Shown here in pieces: positions 48,041 through 60,281 of a DNA stretch of 64,000 nt. This stretch comes from Asterias rubens. Its lineage: Eukaryota. The notes beneath the pieces are model-generated. The model searched no databases. It saw only the letters and a program-made list of their open reading frames with translations, and was not told the origin of the DNA. The DNA is taken from assembly GCF_902459465.1 (NCBI RefSeq), contig NC_047071.1, positions 5,456,001-5,520,000 on the forward strand. The letters run 5' to 3'. A program made the translations under genes and the position numbers. Position 1 is the first letter of the stretch. Each line of letters starts with the position of its first letter.

Positions 48041-49064
48041 CTTACATCATTGTTTTTGTGTAATGCTTTTTTAAAGATTATTCATGTTTTTGTTTCCATT
48101 GAAACAGGGGCACTTGAAGCGGCAGTTAACAGGCAGCCCCAGCTTCTCACTTCAGTACTCCAGAGTTTGCAAATTTGTTGGGAGGGACAAGGTGGATGGC
48201 ATTGTTTTCTATTCGTAAGTGGATTTTTTGAATGTTCATGCATATTGTAGTCTAAAATTTCAAACTTATGCCAACTTGTTTCTAAGGTATGTAGCTTGAA
48301 GACCCAACCTCCTGTGCTACAATTGCAAAGGACACAAGAGGCATAATGAAAGTTGTGGGAACTGTCCAAACTCTTGCGTATCATGCTGAAACTGCAGGTG
48401 GCGGGTCACATGTAGAACCGCTGCCCTAAATCAAACGGAGCCTGAGCCAGAAAAAAACCTTTCCAACTCACAAGCATCCAGCAAGAAGAACAGTGAAAAA
48501 GAAAGTGTGAAATGACCTTATGGGGAGCTAAAAAAAGTATGAACAGACAGCAAAGCTGAGGACAGGGCGATCGTACAGTCCACAGTGTCAACTAGAAATT
48601 GGTCGGGGCCCCAGCTAGAGGAGCCAGAAGAGAACACTGACCAGGCCGCACACAGCAGCCTTCAAGGCCCCGGCAACAGCGTAGAAAAATAGAAGAGAAC
48701 CGCCGAAGACGGCCATTGGCACCGAGCTTACATAAAAGCACCAAACCCAATCGAGGCCCCAAGGGTCACCAACCAAGACTGACCTGACTCGAGACGCTGG
48801 AGAGAGCATTCTGAAATCGCTGGTAAGGGACCAGGGGAGGGTGTGAGTAAGAGGAGTTCCATGGGGGCTCTGCAATGTCCGACGTCTCTCACAAGCGGCG
48901 AAGAGAAGAGAATTGTCCTCATCCTCCTGGACATGGCCAAAGGGTAAATAGAACAAGAAAGGAAGAAGAAAAGGCACTCAGCTGTTGGCTGTGTTGCAGG
49001 ATTAAGTTGCAGGATTTATTATGCGTTTTGGTTTGACCTTGTTGTCCATTTAAGGGTGCAGCGT

Positions 49065-49900
49065 GTGTGGTGGCAGTTGTTTTACCACGTTGCTATGGAG
49101 ATGGACAACTTGGTCATGCGCTGAAAAATGCAAAATGTTTGTGAAGTTGTCTCTGGCCACTTTTGTACATACAAAGGTGAGCAGGAGATTTTTTGTGGCA
49201 TTCGTTAATGTCGTATTCCGCCTTTTGGGACGGTTGCCTTGGACATACCTGGACGTGTGCCACGTTATTTTGGCGTTTCCTAATGCCCGAGCTGTGTGTT
49301 TGGTTGTGGCCGTACAGCCCCAAGGCGCAAAATAAGAACTGTTCTGTCGAACTTCAGTAGCCCTCTCTTATGCTACTGAAGTAAGCTGGGCATTGTAGCA
49401 AAGAGCCATCTATGGGCTTTGCAACCCCTTAAGTCAGGGTTATTTGCTCTTTATTTTAAGTCTGTTGGTTTGTTGCGTCGGTTTGGTTTCGGCCCTGTCG
49501 TCCATCTCTGGGTGTAGCGTGTTCTGTGGCGATGGTTTGACCACTGTTACTGTGGCGTACATTGCCATGGAGATGGACAACAAGGTCGTGCGCCGTAAGC
49601 TGCGCGACTATGGTGAATTCGTCTCTGGCCACTTTTGTACCCATAAAGGTGAGCCCTAGGTCTTCAACGGAATCATTATAGAAAGCGTTTACAGCGTAAT
49701 ATTCCGACGGTTCTCCGCATCGGGGACCAAAACGCCTGGGTCTCGTATCTTGGACAGACCCAGACATTTGCCCGATGCGTGGAATCGGGCTACCATGTTC
49801 CTTCCCCCTCTCGCGGAGGGCTAGGGTGATTACCATTGAAGACATGGTGGCTGCAATGCAGGGTATCACGTTAAACAAACAGTCGCCAACGGCGATGGAA
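49065..49900 (+). pseudogene. Two decayed copies of an L1/Tx1-type ORF1 fragment
   Basis: VTVAYIAMEMDNKVVRRKLRDYGEFVSG...NGI and, after a frameshift, LRIGDQNAWVSYLGQ...RC.ESGYH (zinc-knuckle-like). GGAGATGGACAAC..GTCTCTGGCCACTTTTGTAC is repeated ~470 bp apart. Confidence 0.45.
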
Positions 49901-50224
49901 AAATGAAAGCGCTTTCGCGGTATTGGTGTGCACTTGCGCCGCGTGTAATCGCCCCAGTGCTCTTGCTTAAGAACGCGTAAGAACAGTCTGCTCTTTGACA
50001 CTGCACCTGAGTTCTACAAGTCTGTTTTGCAGAGTTGTCGTTCAAGTCGTAATCTTGTTGCTTACTTTGCATCTGTTCTTTTAAGAATAATCTGAAAATG
50101 CTGTTCATTGGGCAGTAAGTTTACTTCATCATAAATAGTCCCTAGTTCCAGTGCACCCTTAGCAATCCGATTCAGTGGCCAACATCTCATGGATTATGCT
50201 TGCTCGGATTTATCCTAACATAAC

Positions 50225-52020
50225 ATGAGTGAGGTCGCTCAGGCGTTACCTGCCCATTGTGCCGTGTGCTCGAAATCAATCGACAAGATTTCGGGCCTAC
50301 GCCGGCACATGGGTAAGATGCAATCAGAATATAGGCCTGCACATTCCACCGAGTCTGCATTGCTGAAAGTCAAAAATGACATCATGGAACTTGTTTCTAG
50401 GCGCAAAGGTGTGTTTTTGGCCCTGTTAGACCTCAGTGCGGCATTTGACACCGTTAACCACCGCATCTTGCTAAACAGGCTCGCGGATGAAATGGGATTG
50501 GAGGGTAATGTGCTCAAATGGATTGGGTCCTACCTTTCTGGAAGAACAACCAGTGTATGTATTGACGGCTCACTTTCTCAACATCTTGACTTGAAATATG
50601 GCATACCACAAGGATCGATAGTGGGCCCCCAACAGTTCAACATCTACACCACTCCAATTGGCAACATCCTGCGTAAGTACAACCTTCAGTTTCACATCTA
50701 CGCAGATGATATACAAGTGTATTCTTCTTTCGACCCCGGCAACCACAATTCCATGATATCTGCACTCTCACAGATGTCGACATGCATTGATGAGATCATG
50801 TCTTGGATGATTGTCAACAGGCTCAAGCTCAACGAGGAGAAGACCGAGTTCCTCGTGGTAATCTCTGATCACCTTAAGCACCTCCTGCCTGCAGTGACTC
50901 TCTGTATCGGTACCAAGATAATCCAGCCCTCTGAGAGTGTGCGCAATCTCGGTGTTGTGTTTGACACTTCCTTGAGTATGAATGCTCAAGTAACATCCCT
51001 GTGCAAAGGTCTCAACTACCAGATGCGCAATATCTCTAGAATCAGAAGATTCCTCGATAAGGACACCTGTTATCTTGTTGTCCGTGCTCTGATTCATACC
51101 AGGCTTGACTATGGTAATGCCTTGCTGTTTGGGTCCAACTCAACAGACATACAGCGACTCCAACGGCTACAAAACTGGGCTGCTAAACTTGTCTGTCGTG
51201 CCCCAAAGCATGACCACGCCACATCATACCTACAAGATCTTCACTGGCTGCCGATTAGGGAGAGGATAACCTTCAAGATCTTGGTTTATGTGTATAAATG
51301 CCTCAACAACACAGCTCCTGGCTATTTATCCTCTTGCCTGTCTCTCCATCGGCCTTGGGCGCTCAAGTCTACGCTCAGCATCCGACACTACTTGCTTCAT
51401 GGAACCTAACTCAATCAAGCTTCTTAAGTCGGCCTCAAGTCGCACATTCTCACATTTTGCTCCACACACCTGGAGTGCACTCTCCCCCTCAATCAGGAAA
51501 TCCGACTCTCTTCGAACATTTAAGAAGTGTATCAAACATTCTCTATACTCCTATCTAATGCGCTGCGTTCTTGACGTAGTGGCGCTATATAAATGCCCTA
51601 TATGTATGTATGTATGTATGCATCGCCACACAGATCATGAATCTTCAAGCAGTGCTGAGCTGATGGAGACTGTCGACCAGATCTTCAAGTACCCTCTTTC
51701 TGATGCCTGGTCCTGTAATGTCTGTAAAGACAATTTCTTCAATCAACAAACTCTGAATGGGTAGGATGCATCTCCACTCTGCTGAACCATCAAGCAGTGC
51801 TGAGCTAATGGAGACTGTCGACCAGATCTTCAAGTACCCACTCTCTTATGCCTGGTCCTGTGTTGTCTGTAAAGACAATTTCTTCAATCAACGAACTCTG
51901 AAAAGGCATCAGAAACGTTCCCATCGGGCAGTCTCCATCAGTTACATTTACCAGTGCCGTGCCTGTCCGCAGGAGTTTGACAACGCGAGGAGAGCTGCAG
52001 CACACTACCAGCGTCATAAG
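50225..52020 (+). pseudogene. Multi-C2H2 zinc-finger ORF remnant, split by an L2 insertion (possibly the N-terminus of an RLE-clade retrotransposon)
   Basis: CAVC-x12-H-MGKM|H is rejoined across the insertion; downstream CVVC-x12-H-x4-H and CRAC-x12-H-x3-H; ~145-bp tandem duplication at ~51620-51900. Confidence 0.6.
50323..51617 (+). mobile_element. 5'-truncated L2/CR1-group LINE (RT domain, one frameshift, (TATG)n tail)
   Basis: QSEYRPAHSTESAL, LLDLSAAFDTV, GIPQGSIVGP, YADD; extra T at ~51355; tail GCGCTATATAAATG..(TATG)n; ATGCA at 50318-22 and 51618-22. Confidence 0.9.
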
Positions 52021-53259
52021 AAAGCAGCCTCCTCGGCGTGTTCATCAGTGTGTGCCGTCCAGCCTCCTGCCGACCCTCGAGTGCTGCCTCTAGCTCCACA
52101 CACACCACCGTCTCCACCGCCTCCAGCCCGGCCACTGTTCTTCAGTCCACCACCTCTTCTTGCACGGTCACCAACTCCACCACCACCATCACCAGTTCTA
52201 CAAGCCACGAACCCAGTTTACAGCGCCTGGTGTGCATGTTAATGAGGATGCCGAGGCAGCCCAGGCACATCCCACGGCCCAATCTGCAGTGTGTTATCGA
52301 TTTGTTGAGTCACAGACAATATTTTAGAATAAGTATGTTGTTGCTGGTGAAGAAGGGGGCTCGTCTCTCGTGGGCAGTGTGGTGAGGTCAATCATAATCA
52401 AGTATGGGAAGTTTTAATTTTTGATTGTTTAAAAAAAATTGTTTAAATGATTATTGAAACAATAAACCTTTTTAAAAACTGAATGTTCTTCTCCGATTAA
52501 TATCGGAAAAGTCTTACTCTAGCAGACGATGTGTAGTCTAGTATGGTGGCAGGGGTGTATCATTGGGGGTAGCATCTTGCAGTTTGGGGAGGGGTGGATC
52601 TGTGTACTGTATGGCCACACAGCATTTGAAATCTCTAATTCAAAGCCTTGGAGCTCAGGAATGTCTTAGAATAGTTTTCTTATGTCTCCCATGTTTCCCG
52701 ATATAACATTCATAAATTTTGACCACATTTTCTGCATTTTCCCACACTCCCCACAGCTGTGAACTCAAGAAGTGAAGATCCGCCTTTGAGCTGAGGTTGT
52801 AATGCCAGTCTGCAGACCATGGAGAGTTCATCCACACAGCTTGCATCTGTGAGTATTTATTGCACATTTTGTGTCTTTGTCTGTTGAGAGCATGTGTTAA
52901 CCTCTTTTATGGGTTAACCATGAGTACAACATGCACACACAATCCTACATGTACATACATTAAACACTTTGTCAGCTGTTACTAAATTCCATTTAAGAAA
53001 CTAAATAATTAAATGAGACAAAAAACACAATTGCCTCCGTTGCCTCCGTGAAGTATCAGGCCTGCTTTAGCGACTTGATAATAATCCCTCTCTACTACAT
53101 GTAGCTGTTCATCCACCCATAACTACTGTGACAGGAGAAAGACACTGACAATGAAATCAAGTGAGTTACATGTATGTTTCTAGATGTGATGGTGACAAAT
53201 ACATGTACATGTAGTTGTTACTGTATAGGCCTACCAAAGGAATCAATGAAACTATCAAT

Positions 53260-53565
53260 TTAAAGGCAGTGGACACTATTGGTAATTGTCAAAGACTAGC
53301 CTTCACAGTTGGTGTATCTCAACATATGCAGAAAATAACAAACCTGTGAAAATTTTAGCTCAATCGGTCATCGAAGTTGCCAGATAATAATGAAAGAAAA
53401 AACACCCTTGTCACACGAAGTTGTGTGCGTTTATATGGTTGATTCGAGACCTCAAGTTCTAAATCTGAGGTCTCGAAATCCAATTCGTGGAAAATTAATT
53501 CTTTCTCAAAAATTATGGCACTTCAGAGGGAGCCGTTTCTCACAATGTTTTATACCATCAACAGC
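53260..53565 (+). mobile_element. TTAA element family 2, 3'-truncated
   Basis: TTAA|AGGCAGTGGACACTATTGGTAATT start and shared core. Confidence 0.8.
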
Positions 53566-53867
53566 GCCAGCCACCAACCAAGGTCATTACCACGCAGTGA
53601 ACACCGGGTACGAACACTGTTATTCCCATTAATAAATACCTTTTTTTAGCGAATTAAGCGGCTAAAATTGTCAAAATTTTGTGACTTTTCTCTCGGCGGT
53701 ACTTCCAGACATGTTCAGTGGCCATATTTGAGCTTTTGATGGTTCCCATCTCTTTCGTGCGTTAATCACATTGTTTATTTGGCCCATACACTTATGTCAA
53801 GCATTACATACTCAGTACTTCCCGAGTATATTGAAAACCATCTTAGTGGGATTTGAAGCTAGTGCAG

Positions 53868-54075
53868 GACCCAATTTCATGGCTCTGCTTACCGCCGAAT
53901 TCTGCGCTTACGATCGCGATTCCCCGATAGTGCAAGCGCCGAATTTCTGCGCTAGCCTTGTAAGCGTAGAATGCCTAGTACCGTGGAGTACGCACGTGCA
54001 GAAGCCCAAATTCGGCGCTTACCCGTGACATAATGCTTGCCGTGCTTACAGTAAGCAAAGCCATGAACTTGGGCC
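53868..54075. mobile_element. MITE with G(A/G)CCCAA..CATGGC TIRs (Harbinger-like)
   Basis: CAG|GACCCAATTTCATGGCTCTGCTTAC ... GTAAGCAAAGCCATGAACTTGGGCC|CTG. Confidence 0.6.
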
Positions 54076-54459
54076 CTGATGTCTTGACTAGAGCTACATG
54101 TATAAGGCAGTTGTGATGAGCCAACTATCTAATGGCTTCCCCTCTCTCCACAGATGAAACGCCTTCATGTCTTCTGGAAGTATGAGCCAAGTTCCTTCTC
54201 TGGAGCCTGGAGGGACCAATGAATTCAAAGCAGATTAATTGATGGGTAAGATGAGTGTTGTTAAATGTCTCAATACTGGTTGTTTTTGTATCAATTTAAG
54301 ACATCGTTACAATTAATTCATTTTGTCTGCTGGAATCATGTAAATTGTAAACTACACTTTTTATGACTGTAGCCCAGCTTCCTGCGAATGCAAATTTCTA
54401 CTAAAGTTTGATGTCATAAATTCACAGTTGTAGGGTGTCGTGGACAAGTCACAGTTGTA

Positions 54460-54700
54460 GGGTGTCGTGGACAAGTCGTTAAGAACATCAAAATCAAGTT
54501 TTGGTTGTAAAGTCATCAGAGTATGGGTTCGAATCCCGATAGTGACACTTGTGTTCTTAAGCAAGGAAAAGACTTTACTATATAATTGCTTCTCTTCACC
54601 CAGGGGTATAAATGGGTACCTTTGAGGGAAGAGGTTGACATTGTGTATGAAAAAAATCTTTGAAGCGTATCAGTTGCTTCGGTTGTATACAACATTTTCC
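54460..54700 (+). mobile_element. tRNA-derived SINE
   Basis: GGTTCGAATCCC B-box, GTGACACTTGTGTTCTTAAGCAAG, CACCCAGGGGTATAAATGGGTACC core; 27-bp tandem duplication of the head (54423-54476). Confidence 0.75.
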
Positions 54701-54705
54701 AGGGA

Positions 54706-55220
54706 TATTTGGTTTGCGGTAACACCATGTGTGTATCTACTTGCCAGGTAGAGTTGTTCTTAGAAAACTGTCTTGCTTTATTCTACTGTCGCGGAGTAGA
54801 TAATCGGAGGTTCGGGAGACTTCTCAGTTCTGAAAAGAACTGTCCTGCTTTTTAACTATTACCAGGGCGGATGGTGTAGAAATTAGACTGGACTACTACT
54901 TTAGCTTATAGGATCGTAATTAACTGTACTGCCGCGGAGTCAGTTCTGAATTGGTCTCAACGTTTCGACTAGCTTGCTCTAGTCATCGTCAGGAGACTGA
55001 AGAGGTAAGAGAAGAGTGGGCTTATTTATACGGTTCAGTGGATCCACTGCAGGTTAATCAATGCTCTGATTGGTTGTGTGGTTGGCGGGCTCAGGGCTAT
55101 TGGTAGGGTTGACCATTGGCATCTACTTGCCTACATGTACCTGGCAAGTAGTTACCCACATGGTGTTACCGCAAACCAAATATACATTGATACCTCACCA
55201 TGCAATGCCTCAAATCCTAT
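54706..55220 (-). mobile_element. Penelope-like insertion with a 46-bp inverted arm and a hammerhead
   Basis: 54705-54750 is inverted at 55138-55183 (44/46 identical); flanked by ATTTTCCAGGGA / ATTTCCCAGGGA (11/12, possible target duplication). Confidence 0.6.
54954..54997 (-). ncRNA. Minimal type-I hammerhead ribozyme
   Basis: GTCTC CTGACGA T GACTAG-AGCAAG-CTAGTC GAAA CG T T GAGAC: stem I 5 bp, stem II 6 bp, palindromic AACGTT stem III. Confidence 0.82.
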
Positions 55221-55431
55221 ATTTCCCAGGGACCTCAATTTGTTTGACTAGCATACTCGGTTTATGATTACTAAAATGGTCAGGTCGGAACGGACTCGGA
55301 TGTACACAAATAAAATTGACAGACAAAATAAAATAAAACAACCCTGATCCCACTCCCATGTAACACAAATACCGCACGATTTTAAGGTTTTATGTTTAAT
55401 GTTTCCTTTTTTCTAAAATTTTTTCACATTT

Positions 55432-56824
55432 GTGACCCGCTCTGACGGAATGAGGAATGTCTAGTAAAGTTTCATTTCGTGTAATTTGACACCGAACATA
55501 ATCATAACAAACAATTAATGAAAATTATTGAATTTTTTAATTTTTTTATTACTACACTTTTAGGTTGCCTAAATCTTGATTAAACTTACTATGGTCTTAC
55601 CTTTTCGTCAAAAGATTACTAAAGATGTAAAAACAGACGATTTCTGAGCCATGTTCTTGACGTAATTATCCAAAAATGTTCCAAATCCCACGGGACAGAC
55701 AGCGAACATTCATTGAAAACACCAAATTTGGCGAGCGTCGCAAAGCTTTTCACACAACTTGCATAGCGCCACCAAGAGTACCATTGGAAAGCCAAAGATT
55801 AGAGGTGTCTAAATATAGCCACCAAAAACATGTGTCAACACTGAAAGGGGTTCAAAGGTCACCAAAGGCAAACCCTGTTTTATCAGCGATGACATCTCTC
55901 ATTCATAAATCCGCGTCGCGAGATTTAGTATGGCTCACAGACCGAGGCGTTGTTTATCCATGCAGCGTGAGAGTCCGATCACCCGACCCGGTCTTGTTGC
56001 CATAGCTAGTTGCAGCGCTGGTAATACGACAATGTACACACGAACACTGCGCGGGTACCATGCACAAACTTTGCTACACGTACGACGTATGGAACAGTGG
56101 AATGTTTATCGAACGTTGGGAAAACAGAGTCTAATTTCCATCATTGTTTTGTGGTTTTTCAAGGTTGAATTGTTCCAAACCAAAATAATTCTGAATGTTA
56201 AAGGAATAATCTTTCAGTTAAACTTCATGCTGGGTAAGAAATTTCGCTAAAATCATGAGAAACATCCACGGGGAAATTGCGAATGTTCCCTGGTCTTCAA
56301 GCCGAGTATACCCGTGGGGGTTGATGCTATGCGCTGAGTGACAGCTGTCTTTACTATGTTTTGACTTGACGGAACAAAACTCGCATTTCAAGTTGGAAAT
56401 ATCAACGCAAATTGCTCTAAAATTTCAGGTAAACATTGTCAAACTTATTGGTGAAATTGTCTACACATTATAATCTAACTTCTCGTTGAGTTGTTTGTTC
56501 ATTTTGGTAATTTTGTTTGCCTGACTACGGGGGGTTAAAAATTGATGTTTTCATTATCGTAAACAAAAATATTAATATTATTTTAATGAGTGTGTGAGAC
56601 GTCGCGTTTTTTCAAATTAATTTTTATGGAGTTTGTGTTTTCCAAAACGGGTCGTAAAATTAAGCGTCAAGGGCGTCGAAAATTCCACATTGTTTCAGAC
56701 AGGAAGGTCGTATGATCTTGATTTTTATTTCATTTAAAATATTAATATTTGTTTGTTTGGAATATTATGAAATATGCAAATGTGAAATTCACTAGACAAT
56801 CCTCATTTCGTTAGAGCAGGTCAC
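55432..56824. mobile_element. 1.4-kb non-autonomous DNA transposon with ATTT duplication
   Basis: GTGACC(C/T)GCTCT..ATGAGGA.TGTCTAGT TIRs (30/34 identical); ATTT at 55428-31 and 56825-28. Confidence 0.7.
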
Positions 56825-57560
56825 ATTTGATATAAAGCATTAGAAAATACACATTTTCTTACGAGAAAATACGTCGTTGATCCACTAGTAGTAGTTCTAG
56901 TATTGCACGAACGACGTATACAGTAGCGTGTGTGTGTACGTGTAGTAATGTACCCGGCTGCGAGTTCGTAAAGCTAGCAATCTGTTAATTGCACTGCTCA
57001 ATTTCAAGATTGCACAACAGATGTTGATTGAGCTACGTACGCCCGACGGTATGCGCTTCGCATTAGCCAGGCATGCAACTCTTCCGCGTTTCCGCGGAAT
57101 TCCGCGTTTTAAAAAAACTGATTAGCGCTAAGAAAAACATTCCGCGGTTAGCGCGATCTTAAGACAATTTACAACAATGCATCGTAACGCATGGTCTGGC
57201 CTCTGCCGCAGCACGCAATCCATTCTACTGCATGGTCAATCTAAAGCCCACAGCAAGCAATGCATACGTTTACACACTGCGTGCAGTCATTAATAGCCGT
57301 GTGTACGGTCGAAAAATATGGAACAGTGGAACGCACCCCGTGGCGCAGGCGAGTTGTGTGCTAAACCAAGTTATTATACAGCCTTGAAATGAGTCTAAGG
57401 TCATGTCTTCGTCTGGTCCCGCTATTTTGCAATAGTATACACGTATTGTACATGTATGTATGTGTGTGTGAGTTAGTTACCAAACGTACATGTATACTGC
57501 TGCTGTGTGCGAGTGTCACATTGCGCTACGAAACAGTCGCATCTTCAAACGTCCGTCAAA

Positions 57561-57850
57561 ATGACATCCAAAAGAAAAGATATTTTAGAGCGGGACCGAG
57601 TGGTACCTGGCCAAATCAAAGCCATAGATAAAGGAGTAAAAAATACCTGGAAGTGGTTCTGGTTGGAAAAATAAGACGTAGACGGTAAACTGCTCTCCGA
57701 AATCGTCCGGAAAGTGGACAAGCCAGGAATGGCATATTGTGTGATGTGCAAGACGGCAAGTGGGAACAAGTGGCTCTCACCGAACATTGTAAGGCGGCAA
57801 AGCATCGGGAGTTGATTAAGTTGAGGAAAACTAACTATTGTTTCCCAGGT
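57561..57850 (+). pseudogene. Decayed transposase N-terminus with a BED-like zinc finger (hAT-like)
   Basis: IDKGVKNTWKWFWLEK*...IVRKVDKPGMAYCVMC...ALTEHCKAAKH...RKTNY; one stop codon and a frameshift. Confidence 0.5.
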
Positions 57851-57993
57851 AGTTATGAAATATGCATAAAATTATTATTCCCCCCCCCAATAATAATTTT
57901 ATGCAATAATAATTTTATGCAAATTTCATAACTACCTGGGAAACAATAGTTAGTTTTCTTCAACTTAATCAACTCCCGATGCTTTGCCACCTT
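57791..57993. repeat. Near-perfect palindrome, 89-bp arms, C9 centre
   Basis: Left arm 57791-57879 is inverted on the right, with a 16-bp tandem duplication (AATAATAATTTTATGC) next to the centre. Confidence 0.92.
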
Positions 57994-59163
57994 AGAATTA
58001 CGGTGCATACATAGGCAAGGTGTTTTTCCATGTTATTTTAGTTGTATAAAACACTTCACTTTGTCTTTGTCATACATGCTAAGATTGATCCTAAGAGCAT
58101 AAAAAACCTCAACACTTTTTAGGGTACCATTGTGGGTCTCGAAAAGTTTCCTCTTTTGTTTTCATCGGGCAGTTGCATGCCTGATTTGCGCAACTGAAAA
58201 CAGCCCCAGGAGCGGGGTAGGAGCGCGATCGCGCTCTTCAAAAACGAAGGTCTGGTTATGATAACTCTCTTGTGAACATAATTAAATAAAAGACAATTTT
58301 AATTTCACTTTTTCATGAGCTTTACACCTCTTTTCCCTATGCATGAATAGCAAAGTTGTATGAAAATGTTTGTCTACCCTTAAGGATCAACACTAAATAT
58401 AAAACAAATAAAAAAAGATACATTAGTTGTGTTTGATGCAGCCATAAAGTTGAGCAGAGCTCTGTGTACAACATTTCACATAGCAAATGAGAACTTGGTT
58501 TAAAAACAAATCTTTCAACATTTGGGGCAATCTATCTTTGTGTTACAAATCTCAAAGCTTCAATTTGTAAGAAAAGAAAAAAGAATGCAAGCCTTTCAAA
58601 TTTTAATTCATTGTCTTCAACCAAGTAAACTAAATTAAATGCGACACATGAAAACTAATGACTGGTTGGGATTTGAAGTTACAGGTCATAATGACTTTTC
58701 GTTCTGTGTTCATGAATATTAATGACTCTATGTTTAACTGTGTGCAACTGCTGAAGGGTGACTTGGTAACCACGGAGTGTTATTGTGCACTGACTCATTA
58801 AGCTGATTTAAAAAACAGCTACATTCCATCTAGCCTGAACGTCTGACGTCATTCTTCATGGCTCGTGAATAACGCCAGAGACCAGGCTAAAAAAATTGCA
58901 AAACCGGCGTGTAGTTTGACCTCTGACCTCTGTCGTTTGAAATATAGATACGAAGTCAAATTCCATTGCCGACTTGAGAGCAGTGACTATTTGGGCATCT
59001 ACATGTATGTCACTACATGTGCATTGTATCCAATTGGGAATCACTGGATCTAGCGGCAGGGACTGGATCTATCCTTGCGGGCTGGGCCCAGTCTACATTC
59101 CATCTTGTTGGTCTTAATTGCTGATGTGGGACGTCACAATACAAAACACTGTTCACTTATATC

Positions 59164-59482
59164 TTAAAGGAACACGTTGCCTTGGATCGGACGAGTTGGT
59201 CTATAAAAAGCGTTTATTAAATGCATATGGTTGGAAAGATGTTTTAAAAGTAGAATACAATGATCCACACGAATTTGCGTGGTTTTTCTCTTACTGTGCC
59301 AACTAACACGGTCGGCCATTTATGGGAGTCAAAAAGTTGACTCCCATAAATGGCCGACCGTGTTAGTCGACAAGGTAAAAGGAAATCCGTGCAATTTAGA
59401 GGCGTGTTTGTGTTTTTAAACATCTTTCCAACCATCTGCATATAGACTAACCCGTCCGATCAGAGGCAACGTGTTCCTTTGA
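59164..59482. mobile_element. Family-1 foldback MITE (internal deletions)
   Basis: TTAA|AGGAACACG ... CGTGTTCCT|TTGA. Confidence 0.85.
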
Positions 59483-60281
59483 AATTAATCTTAGTGATTC
59501 AGATTCAATAACTAGAATTATAATTCATCTTTGTTGTTGTCCCAGGAAGATGAATGCACAGCTCAATGATTTAATGGAGAGATGTGACCTAAATGTACTA
59601 ATTGTACCAGTTTAAAGACGTATACACTACACTGAATGAAGCCATGAAGCACACTCAAGATTATCAGGTAATATTATACAGTTGTAATAGTTATGTAACC
59701 AAGGGGGTCAACAAGTCTGATAGTCTGTGTTAAAATTTGTAATTTGTAAAAAAAATTCATTAGGCAATTGTGGCTTTTCTAATATGCGGACACCAAACTA
59801 TAGGGAGGCAGAGTACAATCAATACGTAAAATACGCACTATAAGTGTGCAGGGCAGCCGTACCTCCTACATCTATGCCTCTTGATGTGGTTGATGGATTC
59901 TACCTGGATTAGGGGCCTACAAGACGGCACAGCTCGGCAGCAACAAGCTCAAAACAGAAGGATGTGGCTTCCAGGAGGACAAGAAAATAAATATTAAATT
60001 TATTTTCTTGTCCATTTCCACAGCTATTGTGTTAAAACTGTTCAGTACTAAAAACAACACTGCCCGTTACTTCCCAAACTGCCCCCAACCAATAAGAGAG
60101 TTTAGAGCACTTATTTGTGTTTCAATGGGGTTGTTGTCATCATTTTTTCAATCACTTTTTTTTATATTATATATTTATTTCTTTGAGATGACAGTACAGT
60201 AGAGCAAACTTAACGATGAGGCAATCAATTACAACGTACGCAAACCTTATTTCTTAATATTAGTTGATCTGTACTAAGTTT

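Noticed and set aside
48400-49000. Possible coding region (several 60-120-aa ORFs, higher GC)
   Set aside because: All frames are interrupted and no recognisable motif is present; possibly retroelement debris but unsupported.
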